Of a stretch of DNA of 64,000 nt, positions 1 to 13,659 are shown one piece after another; within the stretch, counting starts at the first letter, position 1; each line of letters begins with the position of its first letter. Made by a program: the position numbers and the translations under genes. A model generated the notes under the pieces. That model did not search any database. It was not told the DNA's origin and worked only from the letters and a program-made list of their open reading frames with translations. The stretch is from Nageia nagi (lineage: Eukaryota; Plantae; Pinophyta). The stretch covers positions 102,238,001-102,302,000 of the forward strand of contig JBITNC010000001.1 in the NCBI GenBank assembly GCA_050084985.1, given 5' to 3'.

Positions 1-299
1 AATCACAAAGCTATGAGTTGAATCTTTCTTACCTGGGGTGGGGGAAACTACTGCTAATACCTCAAGACCCCTTATTGGTGGGGCTCCTTAGTGGATTGAA
101 TTATCCACATGCATCTGATCCTCCTCCTTGGATTCCTAGCTCATAACTTCACCATAACTACCACTCTCTACCTCATCCAAGCTTAATGGTCCTAGGTGCA
201 CTCCTAGCCACCATCCTGCATCACCTCTACTAAGGCATCCAGAGCTTGTGGCTCTCCCCACCTAGCTATCCATGCTAGCATATCCACAACATTAGGAGG

Positions 300-1300
300 T
301 ACATCTCGCTATACATGGTATCTATGGTAAACTAGGGGCATAGTTGGAATACATTATAATACCCCAAACTACCTCAGCAAATGCTCTAAATGATACAGCT
401 CCATAATCTTCTACTAAGTCTGAAAGAAGTAGGACTACTAACCCATGCCAAATGACATGCATCATCATGCCATACATAGTCTACATAGCACATCCACACT
501 ATATTGACCTCTAGTAGGCCATCCATATGCCTCCTTTGTGCCTTCACAAACTACAATGGCTTGTACCCCCTAAGTGGACCAGTCCAACAAACTAAGGCTA
601 TATGTTTTGGGTCATCTTTGGCTCTTTGGAGCTCAATCACCTCACCACTACTATATGCTCATATGCCCAAACCTGTCACATTGATCTTATCAACATTGAT
701 GAATGTGTACAAATCTTTGTAAAGTTATACCAATACTACTAGCCCCCATGCAAACTGTCAATCCCAAGCACATATCTATTACACTATCCATGTTATCCCA
801 AGAGAAAAACCTAAATGGATTTTGTTAGGACATAAATAGGTGGCAATAATAGCCACCACATGCAACCTCAAGTGTCTCCCCGCTCTAGCATACTTATAAC
901 CCTTTGTGAGTCTCAATGATCAATGATCCCAATCATGGTCATCTAATTCGATCAACCATAAACACTCTACTCCTTGCATGTTATCATGTCCTATCTCATG
1001 TTGCCACACTAAGCCACCCCTAATAGGTATACCCTAGATCTAATACACATCCTCCATAGTTACTATCATTTCATTAGTGGGAAGGTGAAATGAGTACCAA
1101 TCTTGGTCCCATCTCTCAGCTAAGGTTGTGAGAAGGGGAGTGTCTACCTACACCATCCCTACATAAGCAAGCTACCCTAGCCCACATTAGTCTAAAACAT
1201 CATTTGATTATTGAGTTTGTGAAAATGCTTAGGCCAAATCCAAATTCATGGTCCTCATAGGCCTACCATGGATCAACCCCTTACAGTCTTACAAGGTACT
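300..1300 (-). pseudogene. Plant mobile domain (PMD, aminotransferase-like, MAIN/MAIL-related) ORF remnant, antisense in the Ogre 3' region
   Basis: Manual minus-strand translation gives LLTTLAERWDQDWYSFHLPTNEMIVTMEDVY*I*GIPIRG (~1020-1140), QFAWGLVVL..LYKDL (~710-760), QVWAYEHI (~652-680) and LR*FG...IP (~345-385). These are hallmark PMD motifs, interrupted by stops. Confidence 0.85.
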
Positions 1301-3009
1301 GTTTGGTCTATTAGTCTACCCTATACCTGGTTTGATAATAAAAAACATAACACATCAAATTCATGTGTAATTACTCCATGCTCAAATGGTAGATTATAGA
1401 GATACTCCACTAAATGACCTATCCTTCCCATAATTAGCTGATAGATACCTCTCCAATCGATGGTAGCCATCACTATAAATGCCCTCCTACTTAGAATACA
1501 TAAAATGTGGGTGCAAGGGGCACTTTAACCATGCAACATTTGTAGTAGGGTGGCAAATTTGACTAGATCTAGGATAAGGTCAACATTCCCTCCTCAACGC
1601 TCTAGGTGGCAAGGGCATCAAAGTTAAAATGACTTATTTTTTACAAAAATTTTGATTTTATAAGTTAACTTTGGGGCTTCATATTAGGGCATTTCCTCTT
1701 TTTACACATATAGCTCCTAAATCTTTATGTGGAGGGCTTATTTTTCTTGCAAAAATTTTAAATCCCTCTCATTCTTTCCTAAGAACTAAAAATTACCATT
1801 TGCACAATGTCAGCAATGTCCATTTCTTTGAGTTGTATGTGCTATTGATGGATGTTGGATCTAATTTATGCTTAGAATTTATTCAAATGATGCTTGCATG
1901 TCTTAGGTAAAATTTTCTTCATTTGCATTTTTTATTAAAATTTATACTACATTTAGGGCACTGACAGCATGCTAATTTACTATATAGGTGAGTTTCCAAT
2001 GCACCCTTTTCATTTCTATCAATTTCTAGTTTTCCAAATGATAGTGGATACTTGTCTCTGATATATAACTAAAGAAATTATTTCATGAATACTTGATCTT
2101 AGCAATTTGGTAGGGTAAAATTCTATCTTCAAGAAGGTTGCTCCCAAGCAACTACAAGCCCATGATATTTGCAAGATTTGGTGACATATGAAGCCACTAC
2201 TTAATTAGATGGCTTGCTCCACTTATTTCATGAGGTTGGTGGTGTACTTTCATCGAGGAATCGATGGTGTATCAATGCATGAGTTAATCAAAAAATTAAA
2301 TACCCTCTTATACTTCACCTTAATGGTAACTTCCTAGCATGAGGATTGGTACATAAATTATGCTTCCATCATTAGCATCTCTTGCATGGCCTATGGTTAG
2401 TATGGAGAAATATGCAAACTGAAGGGGTATTATCTCCCCTTCTAGACTTCACTCTACATTCTACATAACATTTCTCATAGCTCTAAACAACTTTGTTCTG
2501 CTCCATGTGTTGAATGATGATGTGGTGGATTTGGGCTTCATGCATGTGACAAGATGGCTTCCTTTAGCCCCTTTTTAGCATTAGCTAGGGGCAATTTCAT
2601 ATTCAACTGCAAGTATGATGAATCAATAGACTTTGACTCACAAAAGCCAAAATAATTTTATTTTAGCAAAATTCAAATCATACTATGGCATTAGTGGCAT
2701 ACATTGATCAATTTCAAGGCACTGGGGGCATACTTCCTTTGTATGAAATTAAGCAAATTCAAGTTTCTAGACAATTATAGGTTTGAATATTAGGTATTTT
2801 TAAGAGTCTCCTTCTATGCTTCCATTATTTATACATGAATAATTATTTGATAGCATAGTGTTAGGAGAATACTAATAAAATCTTTAGCCATGGTCCCACA
2901 TGAGCAAAATGTTTGGCATATTCTATAGGATATTCTATCAATCCAACTTAGCATATCATAATATATTATATTTATTTCATCCTTATTGCACATGACTCAT
3001 GTATTTGTA

Positions 3010-3730
3010 TCATATATATATAAATGTATGATCATCGATGGCCATCGACATGGCTAGTGAGAGTTTCCTCACATAAAATTAAACTGATGATATAGCCATT
3101 AGCAATTTGTTGACATTGGATCATCTCCAATGGATGATACATTTCACTATGTATCCACACGGTTCTTACTTTGAACTATCCAAAGCATAATGTCTTCAAA
3201 TCATAGACATATAAATGTATGATCATCGATGGCCATCAACATGGCTAGTAAGAGTTCCCTCACTTAAAAGTAATTTGGCAATACAATTGTTAGCAATTTG
3301 TTGACATTGGATCATCTTCAATGGATGACACATTTTATTATGTATCCACATGGTTATTTCTTTGAACCTATCCAAATAATAATTTCTTTATATCATAAAT
3401 ATATAAATATATGATCATTGATGGCCATCGACACAGATAGTGAGAGTTCCCTCACTTAAAAGTAAACTGATGATACAACTATTGGTAATTTATTGATATT
3501 GGATCATCTCTAATGGATGATACATTTTATTCTGTATCAACATGATTCTTGCTTTGAACCTATCCAAATCATAATATCTTTATATCATAGACATATAAAT
3601 ATATGATCATCGATGCCCATCAACACGGCTAGTGAGAGTTCCCTCACTTAAAAGATAAATCGATGATGTAATCATAAGTAAGATTGCTGACATTGGATCA
3701 TCTTTGATGGATGATATAGCTTATTGTGCA
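3010..3730 (+). repeat. ~191-bp tandem array (~3.7 copies) in the Ogre 3' UTR
   Basis: Units start near 3021, 3212, 3404 and 3595 (ataaatRtatgatcatcgatggccatc...agtgagagttccctcactt...). Confidence 0.95.
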
Positions 3731-4276
3731 TACATACTTTTATTTGTTGGATAATACTTAATTTGTACATACACATATCCAAAATAATTGAAGCAAATTA
3801 TAGTCAAAACTAGGGCACCATCACTGTACTCACTATCTTTTAGGCCATCAATAGCATATATTTCATTACTATTTCCACCCATTCAAAGCATAATCTCTCT
3901 ATTTTGAGGCATGGACATAAGTGCATCAACTTCTTAAGTATCTAACATAATGAAACAACCAAATTCATGATTAAAATAGTATAAAGGAGGCATATCATAT
4001 CTTCCATCTCCAACCTCAGATATGGATTTCTACATTCATCCAAAAATCATCCAAACAATATTCTTGAAGATAGCTTCTTTAGTAGTTTTTGCCTTGGCTA
4101 ATCCATTTAAGGATGTTTCATGGGGAACCCAAGTCAAAAGAGGGGCAACATAAGGACCCTCATCATCATTTAATCAGTATCAACAAAAGGATTAGAAAAT
4201 TTACTCCTATATCTTGGCTACGCTTCTTTGGACATGTAATTTCATTGATTCAATCACACATCCAAAGAGGGGCAAA

Positions 4277-4958
4277 TGTAGATGCCTCAAAATGAACCTT
4301 TATGTATTTAATAAATTATTTTAATCCCTTAACAATTTATTATTTAAAAAGGGATTAAAAATGTATAAGAAGGTGTAGGCCATGTATTTGACCCTTGTGA
4401 CATGTACAAGGGGTCAGATCCTATAATAGAAGCATCCCTATATAAAAGCATTCAATACATACAAAGATGCATGGTGGGATTATCATCAAGAGGATATTAG
4501 AAAAGGGGTAGATTACAAAAGACCCAAGGCTTTTATCAATTGAAAATTGGATAGAGAACTAAGGAATCAAACATCACTTTCAAAGCAAACCTTTGCAAGG
4601 TCTTCTTATCTATAATAAGCGAATCTCTTATCTCAAGCATTATCACACTTTCATTATATTGATAAATCATTCATTTGACTATTATTTTATCTTTCATCAC
4701 ATCTTTAATTTTATCCTTAATGAAACACTATCGATGTACTGTTACTAGGGCATCAATGTCATGCTTATGTATGTTATATTGCTCGTTCTTGATGTATGAC
4801 TTTCTTTAATCAATTGAATGTGCATATCAATGGAGCAAACTTGTATGCTTAGTCATTTGTTATCATATTCCTATTTTATGTTAACAAACATATAATCCAA
4901 ATATTGCATGTATTAATTCCCCTAATTAATTGGACTATTTCATTATTTAGGGTCTACA
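4277..4958 (+). repeat. 3' LTR of Ogre copy 1
   Basis: TGTAGATGCC start after the PPT and GGTCTACA end; clearly similar to the LTRs at 22690-23326 and 31065-31701. Confidence 0.85.
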
Positions 4959-7162
4959 AACTCAACATCTAGCCTTAGGGACTCTCAAAATACTGAGATA
5001 TCCTTCAAAATAGATCCAATTGGTCTTGAAAATAATAATAGACCTTAAAATACCTCTAATGTACCAATGTCCAACCAAAAATTACTCTAAAACATAATGT
5101 AAGCCTCAAAATCCTCTTAGTTGGTGAACATCCTCCTTTAGGTGGCCTCAAAATGCAAAATTAACCTTTCAAAAGTGCTCCATTCACCAATGTCTACCTT
5201 CCTTAGAGCTCAAAATGCAATACTATGCTTGAAAATGCCCTTAGTGATGTAACATCCATCATTTAGTGACTCAAAAATGTAACATCCATCTTCAAAAAGT
5301 CCTAGAATGTAGTTTCAAGCATAAAAACCCTCTCAAAATACCAACATTTATCTCAAACTCTTCGAACATACCTTATTCCTCTCTTGAATGCAAAACTAAA
5401 TCAAGAATAAATTTTAACATGAAATGAAAAGCGTAAAATTTTTCAAGAATGTACCTTTTTAATCTATATGAACCTCATCAAAGATTTTGAATTTGGAATT
5501 AGGTCTATGTCCAATGACTTGCCATAAGGATGACATAGGGCTCCAAAATCTTCTAGAACTCCTTCATAATGTCCAATGTGATACTAAGTAAACTCCATTC
5601 CTCAATGAGACAACAATAACTCTTAATAAATAGCAATGTGTTCTAGTAGAATATTATAATGAGTCCTCTGCAACTCCTTCAGCAATCTCCTTTAGCATAA
5701 ACACCTCAATTCTTACTCAACAACAAGGGAAAGATCTCTAAATTCTCTTTAGCAATTCTTCATATGTGATACCACTCTGATGTAGGTATCCAATCTTTAG
5801 TCTCTCTTTAGCTTCTCTCAAAACCCTCCATGAATGATTCCCATGATTCCTAATAGGATGGTAGAATCAAGACTTTGATACCACTATGATCAGCAATTTT
5901 TAGGCTCAATCCTCAAATGAGCCCTAAGATAAGGACATTTGGATTCCAACCTTCAAACTAGCCAAGCAAGTTCAAAGTTGCACAAGTATTGCAATGTCTA
6001 ACTAGGATTGATAAATTTTGCAATGATATTCTAAAAATTTACACACAAACCCAATGTCTATGAAGAGAAGAAAAAATGGATCTTAAAATTAAAATGCACC
6101 TCTAGATCTAATGTCCTAATTATAGAGCAATTTGTAACTTCAATAAGGCAAAATACCTCTCTAATTGGAATGACCTAGTCAAGAAGCAAGAATACACCAA
6201 ACAAGCATGTAATTATCCCAATATTCTAACATACCAATCAAAGAGCAAAAATAGCAAGTAAACAACTCACTTCACGCTAGATGTAATGTCTCAATTTGGG
6301 TACACAAATGATACTCAAACAATGCAAAAACTACTCCACTATTTGATGTCCAATCACAAAGAGATAAACAACAATATTTTGATAATAGAATGTAATTGTA
6401 TTGAATATAGCAAGAGTAGAGCAATTACAATATTTTTGTCAACCAATGGATTTTGTACTAGTACTATATCCTATTGGGTTATTTTGGATAACTCTAAGGC
6501 CTTGCTAATCCTAAAAGCAGTGAGGCAAGACCAGGTCTCCTCTATAGCAACTATGATGGAACCGATAATGTTCTTCTCAAGAAGACTAGAGTAAGTTTAA
6601 AGGTAGCCTCATCTCCTTGTAATACCTCAAATGTAGGTCACTCCACAAGTAGCAAACATAGAGCCTCCACTCAATCCAAAATAAAAGGGTTGATAATCAA
6701 ATTCATCTTATCTCATAATAGTTATGAGTTCTTTTATATATGAGGATGATCATCTTTTAATATTGCTTTAGGATGATCTAATGGTGGAGAGATGTAATTT
6801 GTGTACTCCTATATGTAATAATCAAGATGGGAAGCCTTAGGATAAGTGTAATCACATCCAAAGGTATAGAAAAGCCAATGTCTTAGAGGGGGTTTATTTC
6901 AGAGTGCCTTATGATCAATGCCATCAGTCCATGTAACTAGGTAGCCAACATGGGATCTTGGGGATCCTCCAAATTTCAACATCCATGTTCTAGGGCTATT
7001 TACTTGCATCAAGATCACCAGCACTTAGTTTGAAGTGTCAAGTTCATCCTTGGAGCTACAAATATCCTTGTAGTCAGTGTAATAATGTAGGAGGATGTGC
7101 TATCTTGAAGAGGTAAGCACTAATGATTAGAGATACATTTAATGCTAATATTATAATCATCA
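4959..7162 (-). mobile_element. Gypsy family X fragment: 5' LTR (~5887-7162), tRNA-iMet PBS (~5874-5883) and leader
   Basis: Reverse-complement PBS tttgatacca sits next to a TGATC LTR terminus. Leader and LTR are homologous to 47900-48941. The right LTR boundary is approximate. Confidence 0.65.
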
Positions 7163-8895
7163 AGGCTAGAATATGCAACACCTCATTCAATAAGACTAAT
7201 ATTGCATTTACATTTATAGTTTCCTTGGTATCATAAATACATCATTAATTAGAATTTTGAAAATTAAATAAATAAATAAAAGGGCCATTTATTCCGTAAT
7301 TAGAGCTTTATTGAGTCTCTAAGTGGAATTTACATCATTTTGGCCAAATTATACAAAAATTGACAAAAACACTCCTAAATTAATGTTCCCATTTATCAAA
7401 GGTAAAATGAGGAAAACATCTAAAAAATGGGATCATTATATAGGAGTACTAATTGCTCAAGTTTATATGAAAATTATAGAACCTAATAAGAAGATGACTA
7501 TTTTTTTCTTGGTTCCCTTCCTTCAACATGAATTCATTAGGTAACCAAGTTAAAAAGGGTGCAAGGAAGTAGCATCATGATAGAAAGATCCAACCTAGTG
7601 TCATCTATGATTTAGGAATGTATATTTCAATTTCAATCATATGATTTCTTTCATCTCTATTCTTCCTTAGATTATATAATTCTTATTCTCATCATAACAT
7701 ATCCAAAAAGAGTCATATGTAAACACCTAAATTTGATTTTTAATTTATTTTAAAAATATATTTATGGTGAATCATTAATATATTATTTACTTAAGCAAAT
7801 ATCAAGAATATCGAGGATAAATATGATCTCCATATATTAATTAAGGGTATTTGATATTAATCATGAGTTTATCTATAATTATCTTAATAGTATCAGATAT
7901 TATCTTACAATAATGGAATATTAGCTAACATTCTTCTTTTCTTGTTTTGTAAGCTATAAAAGGAGGAGAAAGGATTGGAATTCCCTATTGGATCCTAATA
8001 ATTTGACATCAACACTTATCATACTTGGATTTATTACACTCTCATGTTATATGTTATCAACTTTGAAAAACATATAATAAATAATTATAAACTCACAAAT
8101 TAGATCACCTTAGATTACTTGTAGTCACCTATTAAACTTATCTAACTCATCAACATCTTAAAAGAGGTTGGCTAAAATAATTTGATAATTGGCTTTCTCT
8201 TCTATACATACACAAAACGATAAACCCTTTTGATAGCGACAAATCAAAAAATACAAATTGAAAATAAAGTAATTCAAAACTTTTGGAGTGAAGATAACAA
8301 CAAAGATAGAAAAAGACTAGCTTACAATAAAAATATTATTAATCCAAAACTTGAACATCCATCATATTTATAAAAGATTATTAGTCTTGAAAAGAAACTT
8401 GAAATTTCAAAATTAAGAATTAATTCACATAAGCTACATACTATGGAAAACATTAACATTAACTCATCATGTATGTACGAATATTAGTACTTCATAAATT
8501 TTCATTTGGCAAGTTTGGCAAATCCTCATTCTTACCTCTTAGCCAAATGATAGGGAGTAAATTTAAATACATGGGTAGCCCCACCAAGGTTTTATAATAA
8601 ATTTATTTGTTGAAAATATGAATAGTCATTAAAACAACATAGGATTTGGCCCATTTAGCCTTGAAATTATAAAAAAATATCATTTATTTCTAAGGCATAG
8701 CCATTTGTACCCTATTATATACAAATTAAATGTATTGTTCAATAAGATATTTTGAAAAGCTATTCAACATGTAACTAGAGAAGCAATCCATGTAAATCAC
8801 TTTTGAAGTAAATAATCTTGTATTCATAAATCTTCATCATAATGATAGAAGCACAAGTTATGCCCGACCATCATTGAATTTTAAATTTTTATAGT

Positions 8896-8945
8896 AGATA
8901 CAAATTTTGAATGACAACACAGATACAAATTTTGAATGACAACAC
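8896..8945. repeat. Perfect 25-bp tandem duplication
   Basis: agatacaaattttgaatgacaacac x2. Confidence 0.95.
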
Positions 8946-10529
8946 CTTGTAGACAGGTTGTTCAACATGGCTGATGTTTTTTTTGCAACATAGATGAGGC
9001 CTTGTTAAAGCCATGTCAAATGACTAGGATTCAACCTTATCATTTGGCATAGCCTCAATCATGTCAAATGATAAGACCTCATCCATGTTGAGTAACCTAT
9101 CTTATAACTTTGTATAGCTTATAACATGTTTATTTAATTTCAAGATATTATAGAAGATATTATAGGTTCTATTGATGGAAATAAAATAAAACAACTAGGA
9201 TTGAAGATTAAAAGATTTATTAAGTCATATTTTAACTAAGAATCCAATGCAATTACAAATATCAATGTTTACAAAGTGAATTCTTATTTAATTTTGTTAT
9301 GTAAATTTAAAATTAATAAAAGTTGTTGCATGCAGAGACACTAATAGAAAATGCAAAGCTACCACCCCTTGAAAACATAGCTTTTGATGAAGACAACTAT
9401 GATGAAATTATGGATATTCCACCAATCATATATGAACATTAATCAAATGGTAAGTACCATGGGATAACAACAAATGAATCTAGAAATGTATTGTAAGAGG
9501 TTACATAAAACTCTATATCAAAGAGGATGAAACCAAGAAAGTGGACATTTGGAAGGACTTTAAGCCCAAATGGGTATCAAACTTTCCTTTCATTAAACCA
9601 ATAGAGCCTTAAACATTGATGACACTCCTATTGAATTTAGATGCATTATTTGCAATTGGAAACTAAGTAAGGATCATAAACTTCTACTCAAGCTAGATAC
9701 AATTGAAAAACATTATGGAAAAGTGTATTAGTCAAACCTTCAGGAAGATTGAACAAAGATTCGAACAATAAGGTAGAATAATGCTCAAAACTACATATAT
9801 CTTAAATAACAATAGGAGCATGAAGATTTTCGAAATCAACAAAGGATTCTTATTGAAAAGGGAGGTATAATTTCTACTTTATTTGGAAAAGTTTTTAAAT
9901 CCAATATGTTGTCCAAGATTATTCACTTTGTTATTGTTTTTAATATTCTAAAAAATGGTAGACCCATTTCTAATTTTCTTCATTAGAGAGATTTATTTTC
10001 ATTAGAAGGTAATTCTTATGAAATGGAAAAATATATTTCAATGATAAAGATAAAATATTTAAAATAGAAAGGCATGCATAGTTTATCTCTTTCTATGGAT
10101 GAGGTGATAGTTTTTGACAATACCTCTTGGGTTTTTATGCATGTCTATACTATTAAAAATCACTTGTGTGAAATTCATCTACATGTAGTGCATAGAATGG
10201 TGAACTATAATATTGAAAACCTTTTCAATTTCTTATAACAAGTTTGAAAGATATAGCTAGAATGAATTATCATGCAATTGCAATAAAGTTTATTTGTGTT
10301 GGAGCTAATGGAGAAATTATTAGGCAAGGTTAATTGAATAGTCTATGTGTTTGACCTCATAATACAGTTGCACCATATATAATACATATATGTTGCATGG
10401 ATAATAGAATCAATATTGGATACAAAATCATCAATGATTTCAACGATGTTGCAAAAGTTGAAGACCTTATATATGAAATAGATTCTTATTTTTCCTACAA
10501 TCTAAAAAGCTTCATATAGTTTTTTTATT

Positions 10530-11360
10530 CAAAAAGGATCAACTCTATAAAACTTAGAATTTCTAGAGTGATAATTTGGGTCAAATTTTCATACTTGAAT
10601 GTCTAATACTTTAAGTTGACTTGTAAAACAAGACTTATCATTCAATAGGGGCTATCATCCTTACCATCCGATAGGGATACCTAGCCTCATCATTAGATAA
10701 GATTGATTGAGCCTTGTTGTTAAAAAATGATACCTCACCTTCTTGTTCAAGAGGCATCATTGAGCCTTATCATTTAACAAGGGTACCTAGTCCTATGATT
10801 TGATATGGGTAATTGATCCTTGTCATTTAACAAAGGTACCTAACCTTGTTATTTTCTAGGGGTTATCGAGCCTTATCATTTAATAAGGAAACTCACCCTT
10901 GTCATTTGATAGGGGTACCTATGATAGGGCATAGTTTATGGCATAATTTGACATGGATTTGATTGATATGGTTATTTTGATAAGACTTTCAAATTGTAGA
11001 ATTCTCTAGGGAGATGAAGAGTCTTAGGAAGATGGAACATCAAATGATGGGAAGATGGAAGCTGAAGAGTCAAAGTAGTTGGAAAGTAAACTAACAAGAA
11101 GATAGAAGATTAAGGAGAAAGAAGTTGGAAAGTCAAGCATCATTTATACATCTATAAATAAAGAGCTTTGTCTCATTTTGAGGGGGAGAAAATTCAAGAG
11201 TTGATCTAGTTATGCAAGAGAGAATTGCAATGAGATGTCAAAGGAGTTGTAATATGTAGTCATTACAAAAGAAACTAACCTTAGTTGTAATATTTAAAGT
11301 GGATGTTACCATGCATTGGGTTTACCACTATAAATCATGTATCTCATTTGTGTATATGTT
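10530..11360 (+). mobile_element. LTR-like fragment with a ~25/26-bp degenerate repeat array (10630-10925)
   Basis: Repeats of gccttRtcatttRaYaRgg, TATA ctataaata (~11151), and a U5-like gtggatg...gggtttaccactataaat motif similar to the SIRE LTR motif near 51200. Confidence 0.45.
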
Positions 11361-11399
11361 ATATTTTTTTATCAATGGTATTTTTTAAAAAGGAATTTT

Positions 11400-12265
11400 T
11401 TATATAGGTACAAAAAACTTTTCTATACAAAACTTTTGATAAATATTCAACAAATGCAATATCTTTCCAGTAACAAACATTGGTCCATATTCCACCTATA
11501 AAATTATAGAATAGTGAATCAGTTCTACTACAATCACCCTCCAATTGACTTTCTTCAATTATTACTACAGTATTGGGAAGATCCATGAAGTTCTAATTGG
11601 CTTTCTTCATCTGTAGTAAGGTCATCCCCTCTATTAGCCAAATTTGTCTTAGGAATATGAACATTATTAGGTATCACTACAGTTACCCCTCTAAAACCAA
11701 TAGCCTACATATTTCCATTTTTATCTTCAAAATATAAATCCTGAACCACTCTCCTTAGAGTCGTAAAGTGTGCATGATCCTTACATTTGTAGAAGCCTTT
11801 TCCTTTTATAACTAACTTGAATACTTTTCACTTCTTTTCCCTTTCCATTATCGAGCTAGTCACCTCATCATCAAAGTTAGATATGATTATTTTTCAATTG
11901 TGAGCCTTTCCTAGAAGCTTATTATCCAACATAGAGTTGAATTAGATGTATAAAGAGGGGGAAGGGAGTAAGAGTTGAGGGGCAAAGTGGTACTAAAGGA
12001 GAGGGGATTAGAAAAGGTATAAGGGAAGAGGAGAAGGGAATTGGTGAAGGAGAAGGTTCATGGGAGGGGGAGAAGAGATTATGATGGGTGAAAGAGAAGG
12101 TTCACTCCTAATCTAAGGCTAAGGGATAGGCATAAGGGGATGAGGGGAGGCAGTTATGAAAGGTTTTACCTAAGTTGGTGATGCGAGAGGTGGATCTTGA
12201 GGTTGTACAAGAGGTTTTGGGATGAAATGCGTAAGGGTTGAAATAAATCTAGCCCCTTTTTAATA
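11400..12265 (-). mobile_element. Probable L1 LINE 5' end / ORF1 start fragment
   Basis: G-run start, a C/T-rich low-complexity leader (purine-rich on +, 11950-12230), then SLFYNFIGGIW resembling the start of DUF4283. Confidence 0.4.
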
Positions 12266-13659
12266 TAATTTTGATTGTGTATATGGTATATTTATTTTTA
12301 ATTATTTGCTTCATTCTAATCATTATTGCATCATAATTTTGGGGCATAGATAGTTAAAATTAAAATATTTATAAGTTTGTATTTGAGGATTCAAACAAAC
12401 ATAGTCTATTGGTGATTACATATTAGTCTTTTATAAGTATGCATTATTAATAATTTTGATGTGAAGATATATAATGGATGTTGATAAGGAAAATGATTTG
12501 CTAACTTGTTTGATAGATTTTGAGACATTACTCACATTGTATAGTATTCTTTCAACATTGGATTAAATACATACTTTAATAAAACATGCTTAAGAAAGAT
12601 CAATATATATTATCGAGTTCATAAGTTTGAGATGAGTTGCTCAATCTTTAACAAGTGAAATATGGAACCATTTTTAAAGGGATGAGATTCTCAAGGCCAT
12701 GGTTGTAGTCAATCCCAATTTTTGGCATGTAGCGCCACAAATGGTCATAAAATAATTTGGATTTTTCATATCATATAAATTTAATTTCTTTTACTAAGTA
12801 TTTCTATAAATTATTTGAGGTAAATAACATTGAAATTATAGGTATTTTGAAGGGTCAATCAACTTGTTTTACTTTAACAATGATGGAACAAGTTAAGTAA
12901 TGGTTGACCATGAAAAATGTGGTAATATAACATGATTATGGAAGAAATTGAATATGAGCAGTATCTTACATGATACAATAAGAAAATAGTTTGCATTTTC
13001 CAAATTATGTGACACAATGATCTTGTGAATTGTGGGTTTTTAGCACATTAAGGTTTATACAATCTAAACTTAATGACAAATTGAATAAAAATATGGAAAA
13101 TCATTTAATATTAAATATTTCATGTTATAATATGAACCAATTTCCTTATGATAGGGCTTTGACAATATGGTAGAGTCTTACAAATAAAAGAGACATCACT
13201 AATAATACAATAAATTCAAAATATGGTAATTATGTAGAGAAACAAACATAGAGATAGACATCTAGTCAGCTTTGTGATAGTGGTAACAAAGATGAGGAAG
13301 AATCTTGGGAGTTACCAAATATTTAATTTTAATATTCTATTGCATTTCAATTTGATAATTTTGTTAGGCATCATAAATAGTTTGAGCTAAGCAAGTATTA
13401 TAAGTTTTGTATATTTTATGATCATGGATATTGAGAGAGATGAGCATGTAATCTAAATTTAATGGTTTTCTTCCAATGTTTTATCAAGATTATTTTAAGT
13501 TTCAAACTATTTTCTTCATAGTTACTTTTAGTTTGAAATAGTTTTTACTACAATTTTTATGTATTTCATTTTTCTTATTTATTAATGCAAAAAAAATATT
13601 TTTTTCTATATTATTATATAGATCATAAATACTTTTAGATTATATGTTGAAAATGTATA

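Larger units (their letters stand above)
1..4958 (+). mobile_element. 3' part of Ogre/Tat-type Ty3/Gypsy LTR retrotransposon (copy 1), 5' end outside window
   Basis: Block 2425-2665, the 191-bp array and 3800-4276 are homologous to the 3' UTR of the complete element at 22690-31701. PPT AAAGAGGGGCAAA directly precedes an LTR TGTAGA...TCTACA. Confidence 0.85.
9540..13180 (+). pseudogene. hAT transposase remnant, interrupted at ~10530-12330
   Basis: WKDFKPKWVSNFPF and RCIICNW..LDTIEKH (zinc finger); SLSMDEV..DNTSW (first D); FICVGANG..QG (second D region); APY..ICCMDNRIN (CxxH region); SYFS.N.K; LIKHA*ERSIYI; VNPNFW; FPYDRALTIW (dimerisation end). Confidence 0.8.

Noticed and set aside
3080-3500. 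Hammerhead ribozyme suggested by ctgatga in the 191-bp repeats
   Set aside because: No stem II followed by GAAA, and the motif is not kept in all units.
7163-8850. Possible host gene or promoter (ORF 7323-7544)
   Set aside because: No recognisable motifs or exon structure; left unannotated.
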